Shown here one piece after another: positions 51,321 to 61,235 of a stretch of 64,000 nucleotides of DNA. A program made the position numbers and the translations under genes. Numbering within the stretch: position 1 is the first letter of the stretch; each line of letters begins with the position of its first letter. Under the pieces are notes generated by a model, which searched no databases, was not told the DNA's origin, and worked only from the letters and a program-made list of their open reading frames with translations. Origin of the DNA: Granulicella sp. GTDB taxonomy: Bacteria; Acidobacteriota; Terriglobia; Terriglobales; Acidobacteriaceae. The DNA lies in contig DAHWNL010000078.1 in NCBI GenBank assembly GCA_027339965.1, forward strand, positions 32,001 to 96,000, written 5' to 3'.

Positions 51321-51518
51321 ACGTGGAGCAGGAATCTGTGATCGAGTGCAGGTCCAGCTACCGCCCGGGCACAAGTGCGAGCACGGCAAGAAGCCGAATC
51401 ACAACACGCCATGCCGCTTTTGACGTAACCTTCTCGAAACGACCAACCCGCCTGAACGGATGGCTTTTGCGACCGGAAGCATCCTGCGGGCAGATCAATC
51501 AGAACGGAAGCTCGCAAT

Positions 51519-52784
51519 TTGGCCACTAGAACCCCGGTTGAAGAACATACCGCGCCTCCTCCCCAGGCTCATGTCCAACGCTGGACGATTCTCTCGCTGC
51601 TCTTTGCGATCACGGTGATCAATATCATCGATCGTCAGACGGTGTCCGTATTGGCGCCCCTGATCAAGGCTGCCTTCCACCTCTCCGACGAAGCCTACGG
51701 GCGGATCGTCGCCGCTTTTCAATTCGGCATGATGAGCGGCGAACTGCCCATGGGACAATTGATGGACCAATGGGGATGCCGCATCGGCATGTGCGCCGCG
51801 GTTTGCTGGTGGTCGATGTGTACAGGCTCGCAGGCGTTCGTTCGCACTGGGATGCAGCTCGGCCTGTCACGGCTGGGAATGGGCGGAACCGAGTGCGGCA
51901 ATTTCTCCGGCGGGATGAAAGCCGTATCCGAGACCTTCCAAGAAAAGGAACGCACCTTCGCCATCGGCATCTTCAACAGTGGCAGTGTGGTTGGCGCCGT
52001 GATTGCCCCACCATTGATCGTCTTTCTGGTACAGCACTATGGGTTCCGCGCCGCATTTTTTGTTCCCGCATTGCTCGGGTTGATCTGGGTGGTGCTTTGG
52101 TGGTTCACCTACCCAAGCCATCGCGGCAAAGAGGTGCGGGAGAACGAGGCGCCAAAGACGCCCCTGAAGGCGCTGCTCGGCAACTCGTCTACATGGGCAG
52201 TGGTGCTCTGCCGAGCCTTCGTTGGCCCCGTGATTCAGTTTTACTGGTATTGGTTGCCCAGCTACCTTTACAGCGCGCGGCACATGACGATGACGCAGAT
52301 CGGCACCCTCTCCTGGATTCCCTTCTTCCTGGGCAGTGTCGGCGGCGTCGCCGGAGGGTGGGCAGCCGGTTGGCTGCAGCGGCGCGGAGCGACCCCACCC
52401 CTCGTTCGCAAACTCACCATGTACTTCAGCAGTATCCTTTGCCTGGCCAGTTTTCTCGTGCCGCTTGTGGCAGGGCCTATGCTGGCGCTCACTCTGATCA
52501 GCGTCGCCATCTTCGGACACAACTTTCTCTCGGTAAACATGTTTGGCGCAATTACGGATCTGTTTAGCGGCGCAGAAGTGGGACGGGCAACCGGAATGAG
52601 TGGCGTTGCAAGCGGACTGACCGGCCTGCTGTTTCCCCTACTCACCGGTTATCTCGTGGATCATGGCTCCTATCGGTCTGTCTTCATGATGGCGGCTCTG
52701 ATGCCGTTGATTGGAACCGTTGCGCTGTTTGTCCTGGCTCGGAAGTACCGGAGGATGACCGGAGATCAGAGAGTGCACGTCTGA
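51519..52784 (+). CDS. MFS transporter, ACS family (ExuT/hexuronate-like anionic-sugar importer)
   Basis: RW.IL.LLF..TVINIIDRQ, F..KER.FAIGIFNSG, WLPSYL; about 12 TM segments. Confidence 0.88.
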   Translation: MATRTPVEEHTAPPPQAHVQRWTILSLLFAITVINIIDRQTVSVLAPLIKAAFHLSDEAYGRIVAAFQFGMMSGELPMGQLMDQWGCRIGMCAAVCWWSMCTGSQAFVRTGMQLGLSRLGMGGTECGNFSGGMKAVSETFQEKERTFAIGIFNSGSVVGAVIAPPLIVFLVQHYGFRAAFFVPALLGLIWVVLWWFTYPSHRGKEVRENEAPKTPLKALLGNSSTWAVVLCRAFVGPVIQFYWYWLPSYLYSARHMTMTQIGTLSWIPFFLGSVGGVAGGWAAGWLQRRGATPPLVRKLTMYFSSILCLASFLVPLVAGPMLALTLISVAIFGHNFLSVNMFGAITDLFSGAEVGRATGMSGVASGLTGLLFPLLTGYLVDHGSYRSVFMMAALMPLIGTVALFVLARKYRRMTGDQRVHV

Positions 52785-52813
52785 GTTGGAAGACCTCCGG
52801 GGTGAGAGATGCT

Positions 52814-53857
52814 TCAACTGTGAGAGATGCTTTCAAGAACACGCGACGATCCGGCTGGCTTGACGCTGCACCTGTCTTGCCACGGAGTGGCGGCCTCAAG
52901 CACTTTGTTTACCTTGCTTATATTCTCCGCGCCCTCCGTTTCCAGCCATGCACGTAGCGCCGTAGGGCCTTGCTGCACAAAGATAGGAACGCCACCTTGC
53001 CAGGTGGCGCGGCCACACAGCACTCCGTGGAACTCAACGCCGCTTTCCAGCGCGAACTCCAACCCTTCAATGAAAGCGCTATTGGGCACGCCCGCCGAGA
53101 GATAAACGAACGGTTTGGTGGAGGCAGCCGCAGCTCGGCGGAAGTGTTCAGCCGCTTCGGCCCGCGAATAGGCTTGCTGACCCGTGTAGACCTGCATGCC
53201 AGGAACGGACTGCATGCGGACCGGGAACTCCAGCTTGAGCACGTCGGCCCCGTATCGATCCGCAGTGAACTCCTCGATGGAACGAATCACGATCTCCGGC
53301 TTGCGCCTTGCATAGCTTAGAGAGCTTTCTTCCTCGCCGACGCCATACGCGAGCAGCTCCAGAAACAGGGGCATATCCAGGGCACGGCACTCAGCGCCGA
53401 TTCGCTCGACCCAGGCCTTCTTCTGTTCATTCACCCAGCCATCCGCAAACGGCGAATAGAAGAGGAGGATCTTCACGGCGGCGGCACCTGCTTCGCGCAG
53501 ACGCAGCACCGACCATCCTTCTGTCAGACTAGGTAAAAAATCCGGGGCCGTAAAGTCATAGCCGGATTTCTCATAAGCCAGCATGGCTCCTTTCCCGTTG
53601 CGGTGCCCCAGTGCCGGCAAACCAAACTCTACATCCAGCAGGATGGCCGATGCGTGACGCGTAAGCGCCTCGGTGACAATCTCCTTGAACTCGGAGACCA
53701 TGGCATCGGTCGGTTCGCCGGCCTGCATTTCCTTAGCCATCATCTTTTTCAGCAATCCGCGCTGGTCGAGTGCAGCCGCCGCAATCACTCCTCGCGGATT
53801 GGCGACAGCCTTGAGGCCGGCAATCTTTCCCTGAGTCAAAACTGAGGTCATCACCAT
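52814..53857 (-). CDS. lacD: Class I tagatose-1,6-bisphosphate aldolase family protein (candidate sulfo-ketose-1-phosphate aldolase)
   Basis: ALDQRG, ILLD.EFG, LAYEKSGYD, VKILL, ERIG.EC, DVLKLE, YLSAGV, GVLCGRATW. Confidence 0.88.
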   Translation of the reverse strand: MVMTSVLTQGKIAGLKAVANPRGVIAAAALDQRGLLKKMMAKEMQAGEPTDAMVSEFKEIVTEALTRHASAILLDVEFGLPALGHRNGKGAMLAYEKSGYDFTAPDFLPSLTEGWSVLRLREAGAAAVKILLFYSPFADGWVNEQKKAWVERIGAECRALDMPLFLELLAYGVGEEESSLSYARRKPEIVIRSIEEFTADRYGADVLKLEFPVRMQSVPGMQVYTGQQAYSRAEAAEHFRRAAAASTKPFVYLSAGVPNSAFIEGLEFALESGVEFHGVLCGRATWQGGVPIFVQQGPTALRAWLETEGAENISKVNKVLEAATPWQDRCSVKPAGSSRVLESISHS

Positions 53858-53917
53858 CTTCTCTCCATTTTCTTAAGGACGCCTCGAGACGGCGAGACGC
53901 CTTGCTTTTAACGGTGC

Positions 53918-54895
53918 CTATCGCACGGGCAGGCGCTGGGGCGTCGCCTGATGGACCGAGCTCAGCGCCGGTCTACCCTCCAGCACTCGAGTGATGTCCT
54001 CGCAGATCGCAACCGTCACCCGACCTTGGGCCTCGTGTGTCCAGGCTCCAACATGTGGCATCAGAATCACATTTGGCATCGACTCCAGCTCTCCCTGCTG
54101 GGGCGGCTCAGTGGCCCGAACATCCAGCGCCGCGCCGGCTAATCTCCCGGATTTGAGTGCAGCCAGCAGATCCGGCTCCGATACGACCTTCCCGCGCGAT
54201 GTATTGATGAAGTAGGAGCCGGGCTTCATCCTTTCAAAGCAGGCGAAATTCACGAGCCCTGATGTCTGCGGCGAAGCGGGCAGATGGCAGGAGACAATAT
54301 CCGCCCGAGCAAACAACTCCTCCATCGCCACCAATTCGGCCTGAAGATCGGCCAGCAGAACATTGTCCGGGCTGAGGAATGGGTCGCAGGCCAGCACACT
54401 CATGCCGAAAGCCCGGGCGCGGCGAGCCGTGAGATAACCAATTTTCCCGGCGCCAACAATACCCAGCGTCTTGCCATAGAGCTCTGACCCGATAAAGCGG
54501 CGGCGATTCCAGTTTCCGGCCTTGGTGTCCCGGTCGGCAACGGGGATAAAGCGCACCAGGGAGAGCATCAGGCCGAGGGCCAGTTCGGCGACGCTGATTG
54601 CGTTCTGATCCGGCGTGAAGGCCACCACAATGCCGGCTTGACGGGCATACTCCACATCCACATTGTCCAGCCCCACTCCGGCACGCCCGATCACGAGTAG
54701 CTGGGGGGCTGCATCGATCAACTCGGCCGTCACCGGCGTCTGGTTGCGCACAAGGAGTGCATGGCAACCCCTGATCTTGTCAATCAGAAGCTGCGGCGAC
54801 TTCCATGCGTCCGGCAGATAGAGCACGTCAAATCGGCTGCGGAGTGCGTCTACAGCAGATCCTTCAATAGCCTCTGATATCAGAATGTCGGGCAT
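53918..54895 (-). CDS. D-2-hydroxyacid dehydrogenase, SlcC-like (S)-sulfolactate dehydrogenase candidate
   Basis: DILISE, ALLVRNQT, GRAGVGLDN, GAGKIG, INTSRG, PHVG; no ACT domain; adjacent to comC-like and suyAB genes. Confidence 0.8.
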   Translation of the reverse strand: MPDILISEAIEGSAVDALRSRFDVLYLPDAWKSPQLLIDKIRGCHALLVRNQTPVTAELIDAAPQLLVIGRAGVGLDNVDVEYARQAGIVVAFTPDQNAISVAELALGLMLSLVRFIPVADRDTKAGNWNRRRFIGSELYGKTLGIVGAGKIGYLTARRARAFGMSVLACDPFLSPDNVLLADLQAELVAMEELFARADIVSCHLPASPQTSGLVNFACFERMKPGSYFINTSRGKVVSEPDLLAALKSGRLAGAALDVRATEPPQQGELESMPNVILMPHVGAWTHEAQGRVTVAICEDITRVLEGRPALSSVHQATPQRLPVR

Positions 54896-55950
54896 GCGTT
54901 CACCTCGGGACAGTCGAATGCAACCTTCAGTTGCCGGCACCAGTGTTCCAATTCCGCAATCGTCTCCGGCGCAAGGGGAATGCCGTGCGACTGGTTTTGC
55001 TCAGCGATGCGCGCGGAGCGCTCTCCAGGAAGCAGAATTTCGCTCACTCCGTTGCGTCTCCTCGACGACTTGATCTGGCCAATGGTTTCGTCCATCCGCT
55101 GTAGATACTCCTCGTAGTCCAGGAAGGCGGAGATGTCGAACAGACAGAAAAAATGACCGACATTCTGTGGGCGATCCAGGTTCTTGTACATAGAGCCCAC
55201 CTGGGAACCAATCGCAGCTCCGGAGAGAACTCCGCTGAACATCTCCACCATCAAGGCCAGCGCATAGCCCTTGTGGCCGGCCATGGTAAGAACCGTGCCC
55301 AGCAAGGCTGCCTGGGCATCGGTGGTGGGCTCTCCCTGCGGGTCGAGCGCCCAGCCCTCTGGAATCGGTTGATTGCGCCTCTGAGCGGCAATGATGTTGC
55401 CGCGAGCCACGATCGAGGTAGCCAGATCAATCTTCACCGGAAAGCTCCGGCGCGTGGGGAAAGAGGCGGCGATGGGATTGGTGCCGAAGAAAGGCTCGTA
55501 GCCGCCTGCGGGCGACATGGCTGGCTCGCAGTTGGTCATCGCCAGCAGCACCATGCCATGCTCCGCCGCTGCATTGCAGTACCAGGAGAGCGCGCCGAAG
55601 TGCTGCGAGTTGCGGATGGTAGCCGCGGCTACCCCGTTCCGCCGCGCCAAAGGGATCAGGCGATCCAGCGCCTTCCGCGCCTGCACCTGCCCAAGTCCAT
55701 TACCTGCATTCAGCGCCAGCACACTTTCGGCTCCGCGATCTGCGGTGAGCGGCGCTGCGGGGTCAATCAATCCCTCCTGTATGCGACGCAAATAGATGCT
55801 GAGGCGCGAGACTCCATGCGTCGAAACGCCATGCAGATCGGCATCGACCAGCGCACTCGCAAACAAAGCTGCGTCCTGCGCCGGCACGCCGATGGCAACG
55901 GCAAGCTGCGCGACAAGGCGCTCCAGCGTTTCCTTTCGATATCGCTCCAT
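54880..55950 (-). CDS. Ldh_2-family oxidoreductase, ComC-like (R)-sulfolactate dehydrogenase candidate
   Basis: ADLHGVSTHG, NSQHFGA, GTNPIA, DLATS, GHKGYAL, LLPGE. Confidence 0.82.
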   Translation of the reverse strand: MERYRKETLERLVAQLAVAIGVPAQDAALFASALVDADLHGVSTHGVSRLSIYLRRIQEGLIDPAAPLTADRGAESVLALNAGNGLGQVQARKALDRLIPLARRNGVAAATIRNSQHFGALSWYCNAAAEHGMVLLAMTNCEPAMSPAGGYEPFFGTNPIAASFPTRRSFPVKIDLATSIVARGNIIAAQRRNQPIPEGWALDPQGEPTTDAQAALLGTVLTMAGHKGYALALMVEMFSGVLSGAAIGSQVGSMYKNLDRPQNVGHFFCLFDISAFLDYEEYLQRMDETIGQIKSSRRRNGVSEILLPGERSARIAEQNQSHGIPLAPETIAELEHWCRQLKVAFDCPEVNACPTF

Positions 55951-55970
55951 ACACTCCTGCCCGAGAACCT

Positions 55971-56007
55971 GCGCCGAGGCTCAGTTCAGTGAACTGAGCC
56001 TCGGCGC
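55971..56007. other. Perfect intra-operon hairpin with 18-bp arms
   Basis: GCGCCGAGGCTCAGTTCA-g-TGAACTGAGCCTCGGCGC; no U tract. Confidence 0.85.
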
Positions 56008-56020
56008 GTTGAAAGACGAA

Positions 56021-57184
56021 TCAGGCGCTGCGATAGAGCTTGGTCATCACAAACTCGCGATGGCCGAGCGCCTCCGCCGCCGTGAGCCTGCCGTTGGCCG
56101 TACGAACAATCATCTCGATGAGAGCGTCTCCGGCCTGGTCGAGCGTCATCTCTCCCTGCAAAATCGGAGCCACGTCCAGGTCGATGTGCTCCTTCATTGT
56201 GGCGACGGTCTTGGGATTCCCGGACAGCTTGATGACCGGTTCAATGGGATTGCCGATGACGTTGCCCTGACCGGTCGGGAAAAGGTGGACGACCGCGCCC
56301 GAAGCAGCCCACAGCGTCACCGCCTCCGCCGCAGCGCTGGAGGTGTCCATGAACCACATGCCGGCCTTGGTCGGGGCTTCTGCCGGCTTAAGACACCCAA
56401 TAAACTTGGTCTTCTTGCCCAGCTTTTCCACGTTACCCAGCGCCTTCTCTTCAATGGTCGAGAGTCCGCCGGCGATATTCCCCTTGGTCGGCTGCGACTC
56501 AGAAAGATCATCGGTCTTCTCACTGAACACCAGACGCGTGTAATCTTCGAAAGCCGCCATGAACTGCTTGCGCACCTCTTCATTGGCCGCTTTGGCGGCT
56601 ACGATGTGCTCTGCGCCGGTCAACTCGCTCGTTTCACCGAAAGAGGCCGTCCCGCCGAGCGCGCAGTGTTTGTCCAGAACATTGCCGACAGTGGGGCAAC
56701 TGGCCAGGCCGGTGGTGGTGTCGGACTCCCCGCACTTCACGCTGATATACAGTTCGCTCAGCCTGCACTCCGCGCGCTGCAGCTCGGAAGCCCACTGAAC
56801 AAACTCCTTTGCTTTGTAGGACGCATCGGCGATGGTGCGTATATCGCCCTGGCCTTCGATCCAGTATCCCTCCACCGGCTTGCCGGTCTTCGCAATGCCG
56901 TCCACGATGCGCTTGGTCCAACCCGCCTCAATGCCGATGACCACCACGGCTGCAACGTTCGGATTGCTGCCGATACCGATCATGGTGCGAAAGAATAACT
57001 CAAGATCTTCGCCAAACTGCAGCCGGCCGTAGGCGTGCGGCAGGGCGAGCGTTCCCTTGATATTGTTGGCAACTGCCTCGCAGGCGGCGTTGGAGATATC
57101 GTCCACCGGCAGGATGACGACATGGTTGCGGATTCCTACCCGCCCGTTTTCCCGTCGAAATGCGTGAATCTTTCGGTCTGTCAT
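56021..57184 (-). CDS. suyB: (2R)-sulfolactate sulfo-lyase beta subunit (UxaA family)
   Basis: [52 protein letters not shown] and [10 protein letters not shown] match SuyB as I recall it, rather than UxaA/GarD (CGGSD). Confidence 0.88.
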   Translation of the reverse strand: MTDRKIHAFRRENGRVGIRNHVVILPVDDISNAACEAVANNIKGTLALPHAYGRLQFGEDLELFFRTMIGIGSNPNVAAVVVIGIEAGWTKRIVDGIAKTGKPVEGYWIEGQGDIRTIADASYKAKEFVQWASELQRAECRLSELYISVKCGESDTTTGLASCPTVGNVLDKHCALGGTASFGETSELTGAEHIVAAKAANEEVRKQFMAAFEDYTRLVFSEKTDDLSESQPTKGNIAGGLSTIEEKALGNVEKLGKKTKFIGCLKPAEAPTKAGMWFMDTSSAAAEAVTLWAASGAVVHLFPTGQGNVIGNPIEPVIKLSGNPKTVATMKEHIDLDVAPILQGEMTLDQAGDALIEMIVRTANGRLTAAEALGHREFVMTKLYRSA

Positions 57185-57187
57185 GAT

Positions 57188-57466
57188 CTACCACCTTTTC
57201 GTCTTCAGGTTATGCACGTGAACATGCTGCCCCGCACGGATGGGCTGCACCACTTTACCAATCTCGCAGCCATACTTGATGGCGGTATCGCCTACGGCAA
57301 AGTCCCGCAGCGCAAATTTGTGTCCGAGCGGAATCGCCTCGGCCGTCTTCGCGGTGAGCGTCTTGTTGGTCGAAAGATTCCGACCGGTACACTCGGCGCC
57401 GGCAGCAAGGTCGGTTACGGCTACCGCAACCGTATCCGCTGAATCGTGAATGAGGAAATGAATCAT
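57188..57466 (-). CDS. suyA: (2R)-sulfolactate sulfo-lyase alpha subunit (SAF domain)
   Basis: IPLGHKFAL, IKYG..IG, C-terminal HVHVHNLKTKRW; directly upstream of suyB. Confidence 0.88.
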   Translation of the reverse strand: MIHFLIHDSADTVAVAVTDLAAGAECTGRNLSTNKTLTAKTAEAIPLGHKFALRDFAVGDTAIKYGCEIGKVVQPIRAGQHVHVHNLKTKRW

Positions 57467-57496
57467 AGTGTTCGCCTTCTCCTTTCAAGAGCTTTA

Positions 57497-58939
57497 TTAA
57501 AAGACGCCAATCGAAACGTGTTTCGTTTCGAGAAACGCGTCCAGACCCTCGCTGCCCAGCTCACGGCCCCATCCGCTCTGCTTCACCCCACCGAAGGGGC
57601 TCTGGCTGGTGGTGGGCGCGCCGTCGTTGATGCCTAGCGTGCCTGCCTCGATCTGCTCAGCGAGCCGGAAGATGCGCGCCACATCTCTCGTCATGGCATA
57701 GGCGCTCAAGCCATACTCCGAGTGGTTAGCCAACGCAATGGCCTCCTCTTCGCTATCAAAAGCGGCAATCGGCGCGACCGGTGCGAACGTCTCCTCGCGC
57801 ATGCACATGGCGCCCGGGGGAGCGTTATCGATGACCGTCGGCTCCAAAAAGAACCCGGCCGCGCCGGCTGCTCGTTTCCCGCCACAGAGGAGCTCGCCAC
57901 CCAGGCTGACGGCGTTCTCAATCTGGCTGAGCGCGCCCTCCAACGCCTGCTGGTTGATCACCGGGCCGACATCCGCGCCGGACTCCAGTCCTGAACAGAC
58001 CTTCAGCTTCTTCACTCCATCCACAAAACGCTGGATAAACTTGTCGTGAATGGAACGTTGGACGTAGATGCGGTTCGCGGCAATGCAGGATTGACCGGTG
58101 TTGCGGAACTTGGCGATGAGCGTCTCGTGCACCGCTATGTCCAGGTCGCAGTCTTCGAAGACCAGGACAGGAGCCAGTCCGCCCAGTTCCAGAGAGAGCG
58201 GCTTGACCGTCTGCGCTGCGCCGGCAATCAGTTCCCTTCCAACCTCGGTGGAACCGGTGAAGGTGATCTTGCGGCAGATGGGGTTGGCCAGGAATTCCGC
58301 GGAGATCGCCTTTGCATTGCCCAGCACCAACTGGAAGACACCATGCGGAACGTCGGCGCTCTCCACGCACTCCGCAAAGGCGATCGCGCAAAGCGGAGTT
58401 TGCATCGAGGGCTTCAGGACCACCGGGCAGCCCACCGCCAGCGCGGGCGCCACCTTGCGCACGGCCAACACCAACGGAAAGTTCCACGGAGAGATGGCGC
58501 CAACGACGCCGATGGGAGTCCGCACCACCATGTTGCGGCGGCCATCCGTCTGATGAGGAATGATGCGTCCGTAGACGCGCTTTCCCTCTTCTGCGAACCA
58601 GCGCAGATGCTCCTCGGCCATGGCTACCTCTCCGCGGCTCTGCGCAAGCGGCTTGCCATTCTCCAGCGTGATCGTGCGGGCAATCTCTTCTCGCCGCCGA
58701 GCCAGTTCGTCTGCAACCCGGTTAAGGTAAGCCCCTCTTGCCTTCGCATTCAGAGCTCGCCATGAAGCCAGAACCCGATGCGCATCCTCCAAGGCCGCAG
58801 CCACCTGATCCTGCGTTATCCGCGATACCCGAGCAAACGCCTCGCCTGTCGCAGGATTGATCACGTCAGCGACATCTGCGGTGACTATCCAACGCCCATT
58901 CACATACGACCCGCGCACGTCGCCCGGCTTCTGCTCCAT
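57497..58939 (-). CDS. NAD(P)-dependent aldehyde dehydrogenase, GabD-like (candidate sulfolactaldehyde dehydrogenase)
   Basis: PWNFP, FTGSTEVG, LELGG, KFRNTGQSCIAANR, EETFAP, PFGGVKQSG. Confidence 0.9.
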   Translation of the reverse strand: MEQKPGDVRGSYVNGRWIVTADVADVINPATGEAFARVSRITQDQVAAALEDAHRVLASWRALNAKARGAYLNRVADELARRREEIARTITLENGKPLAQSRGEVAMAEEHLRWFAEEGKRVYGRIIPHQTDGRRNMVVRTPIGVVGAISPWNFPLVLAVRKVAPALAVGCPVVLKPSMQTPLCAIAFAECVESADVPHGVFQLVLGNAKAISAEFLANPICRKITFTGSTEVGRELIAGAAQTVKPLSLELGGLAPVLVFEDCDLDIAVHETLIAKFRNTGQSCIAANRIYVQRSIHDKFIQRFVDGVKKLKVCSGLESGADVGPVINQQALEGALSQIENAVSLGGELLCGGKRAAGAAGFFLEPTVIDNAPPGAMCMREETFAPVAPIAAFDSEEEAIALANHSEYGLSAYAMTRDVARIFRLAEQIEAGTLGINDGAPTTSQSPFGGVKQSGWGRELGSEGLDAFLETKHVSIGVF

Positions 58940-58955
58940 CTTGGCCCTCTCTTCT

Positions 58956-59609
58956 TCAGTCCACCCACTTGGGAACAAACTTTCCCTGACGCGCCTGCGA
59001 ATCGATCATCTTGGCCGCTTCCGCCACATGATGCCGGGCCAGCCGCTCCGCGCTATCGGGCTGATTTTTCTCAATTGCAGTGATAATCGCCAGGTGCTCA
59101 TCGTGGATCGTTCGCGGCTCGCGCGAAGCGCGCACCATCATGCCCAAAACTCGGTAGGTCTCCGCCAGACGCGTCAAGATCTTGTTTCGCGATAACTCCG
59201 TGATATGTAGATGAAAATCGCGATCAAGCCGGCCCATCGCTTCTTCCTTGCCCTTCTTGGCCAGCTGATAGATCTCATCGGCCATCTCTCGCAGGGTAGC
59301 GATGTCGGCAGGAGCCACGTTGCCACAACCCAGCCGGGCAGCCAATCCCTCCAGCGCTTCGCGAACCTGATAGGCCTGGCAGATGCGATTGGCATCCAGG
59401 CTCCCTACAAATACCCCCAACTGATCCACCGATTCGACCAGACCGAGCCTCTGCAGTTCAAACAGGGATTCGCGAACCGTACCCTGTGCGACCCCCAGCT
59501 CCCGAGCCAGACTCTGCTGGCTGAGACGCTCCCCGGGCTTCGATTCCCCGGACAGAATCCGGCGCTGGATCTCTTGACGAACGTGATGACGCGCTACACG
59601 TGCAGGCAT
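58956..59609 (-). CDS. GntR-family (FCD) transcriptional regulator
   Basis: PGERLSQQSLARELGVAQGTVRESL HTH; FCD domain DRDFH...EH. Confidence 0.92.
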   Translation of the reverse strand: MPARVARHHVRQEIQRRILSGESKPGERLSQQSLARELGVAQGTVRESLFELQRLGLVESVDQLGVFVGSLDANRICQAYQVREALEGLAARLGCGNVAPADIATLREMADEIYQLAKKGKEEAMGRLDRDFHLHITELSRNKILTRLAETYRVLGMMVRASREPRTIHDEHLAIITAIEKNQPDSAERLARHHVAEAAKMIDSQARQGKFVPKWVD

Positions 59610-59811
59610 TGGGTCTCCCTTTTCATTCGGCTGATTTTGGACCTGTGCAATAAAGAGAAGTCAGGCTCTGCTCTGGGAGGTTTGCCAACTCCACCAGGAC
59701 GCCACCCGGTCCATTGTGTAACTCTGTTTTGCGTAACTCCGTTTGCCACTCCATGATTCCGATGCGTCTTGCTGGTTGCTGCGGCCTATCTCCCCATCAG
59801 CTTCTGGTCAT

Positions 59812-59840
59812 AAACTATCACAATCGATAATCGCTATCAT
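59812..59840 (-). promoter_or_regulatory. Putative sigma70 promoter of the gntR-to-lacD operon with operator in the spacer
   Basis: ATGATA-N17-TAGTTT with TG extension; the spacer contains CAATCGATAATCGC on the + strand. Confidence 0.55.
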
Positions 59841-59864
59841 CTTGATTAATGCGCTGTTATCCCA

Positions 59865-61235
59865 TCACTCCCACCATGAAATTCTCAACAATCTGGCTAG
59901 CCGGCGTAAAGTTTCGCGATGGGTTCCAAAGGAGACCAGCACATGATGCGGCAAACCCACATGAAGCAAACGATCAAACCACGAGGGGACATCGACTTCC
60001 CGGATATGGACCAGGGCGGTATTGCCGGTAAGCTTACGGCGTGGCTCCACCGTACGGCCTGCCAACGCTGTCAAATGGTAGCGGTTCTCGCAGCGCCACA
60101 ACCGAAACATCGTTACAGGCTCGTTTGTTCGGATGCGGCCATCTACCACCAGCGGCTTGACGATATTGAAGTGGGGCGCCAGCGCGGGAGCCTCTTCGCA
60201 CCCCGGCCCGTCGCACATATCCATGGGAGCCATACCCGGGTGCCAAAAGAAGATCGACTCCCGGTCGTGCTCCAGCCAGTCGGTAAGAAATCCGGGACCC
60301 GCTCCAATCAAAAGGCTGATCAAACTGCTGAGAGCCCCATCCACATCGCCTTCGATCGCTACGGCGCGCCCCTCTGTGCTGAGCCGCGAAACGGCCAGAT
60401 ACGGCCACTGCCCAAGCAGATTCGGCAGCTCAGGCCAGCATTGGAGGGCCAAAGCGTCAAGCCTCTCCTCTTCCATTAAATCTCGCATGGCCAGGTAGTA
60501 GCGCGAGTTCATCGCCAGATCCTCTGCCACCACGCCGCGCAGAGGCAGCTTCATCTCCTGCACCTTCTGGACATCGCGAAGAACTGCTTGCTCAGGTAGC
60601 TCTCGGACGCGCTCAATAAACTGCGGCAGGCTGAGCGGACAAAGCTGGGAGCCAATCGCTTGACGCAGGAGAAACGGCTCTACCGCCAGATCAATGAAAC
60701 CCGGAACGTGCGTCCCCACCAGACCGACACGGCTGCGGCGGAGGCGGAAGGCGGCGCGCGCCAGCATGACCGCCCTTGCCAGATCCTCACGTACAGCGCC
60801 GTCATCGGGATCACCGTAAACGAACTCCAAGGGATGTCCTACCTGCCGCAGAGAAGACGCCCAGAGATGCTGCCCAACCAAAGAACAGGAGCTCACCTTC
60901 CCATCGCCAGGCCGCTCCGGCGTCGCCCAAAGAATCACCGGATCAGGCCACCGCTGGGACAGCGTAAGAGCCAGTTGTCCATGGGCAATCGAGGGCTGCA
61001 GCAGCAGAAGCACCTCACATCCGGCCCGCTGAACCTCCTCCAAAGCGGCAACGGTCGTCATCTCGTCCACGACCGGCTTCTCAATCCGCGTCAAGGAATA
61101 GCCCAGATGCTCCAAGATGTCCAGGCAGCGTGCCGTCATCATCTGATTCCACTCCTGGTCAAACCCAGGGCGCTTGCGGCCCACAGAGATGACCCCCAGA
61201 CGGATGAACTTTCGATCTTCAAGATTGGATGACAT
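59865..61235 (-). CDS. L-fucose/L-arabinose isomerase-fold sugar isomerase
   Basis: SCSLVG, VGLVG..PGF, LDALALQCWPEL, EGDVDGA, D..........WH.G, GLPHH. Confidence 0.8.
   Translation of the reverse strand: MSSNLEDRKFIRLGVISVGRKRPGFDQEWNQMMTARCLDILEHLGYSLTRIEKPVVDEMTTVAALEEVQRAGCEVLLLLQPSIAHGQLALTLSQRWPDPVILWATPERPGDGKVSSCSLVGQHLWASSLRQVGHPLEFVYGDPDDGAVREDLARAVMLARAAFRLRRSRVGLVGTHVPGFIDLAVEPFLLRQAIGSQLCPLSLPQFIERVRELPEQAVLRDVQKVQEMKLPLRGVVAEDLAMNSRYYLAMRDLMEEERLDALALQCWPELPNLLGQWPYLAVSRLSTEGRAVAIEGDVDGALSSLISLLIGAGPGFLTDWLEHDRESIFFWHPGMAPMDMCDGPGCEEAPALAPHFNIVKPLVVDGRIRTNEPVTMFRLWRCENRYHLTALAGRTVEPRRKLTGNTALVHIREVDVPSWFDRLLHVGLPHHVLVSFGTHRETLRRLARLLRISWWE

Noticed and set aside
3632..57442. Long antisense or alternate-frame ORFs (e.g. 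3632-4537, 14131-15240, 19225-20094, 40599-41756, 55796-56998)
   Set aside because: They are shadow ORFs overlapping well-supported genes, as expected at high GC, and carry no motifs.
56021..57466. UxaA/GarD sugar-acid dehydratase in a uronate pathway
   Set aside because: The split alpha/beta layout, [14 protein letters not shown] and KTKRW motifs, and SlcC/ComC-like neighbours fit SuyAB better; no KDG kinase or KDPG aldolase is present.
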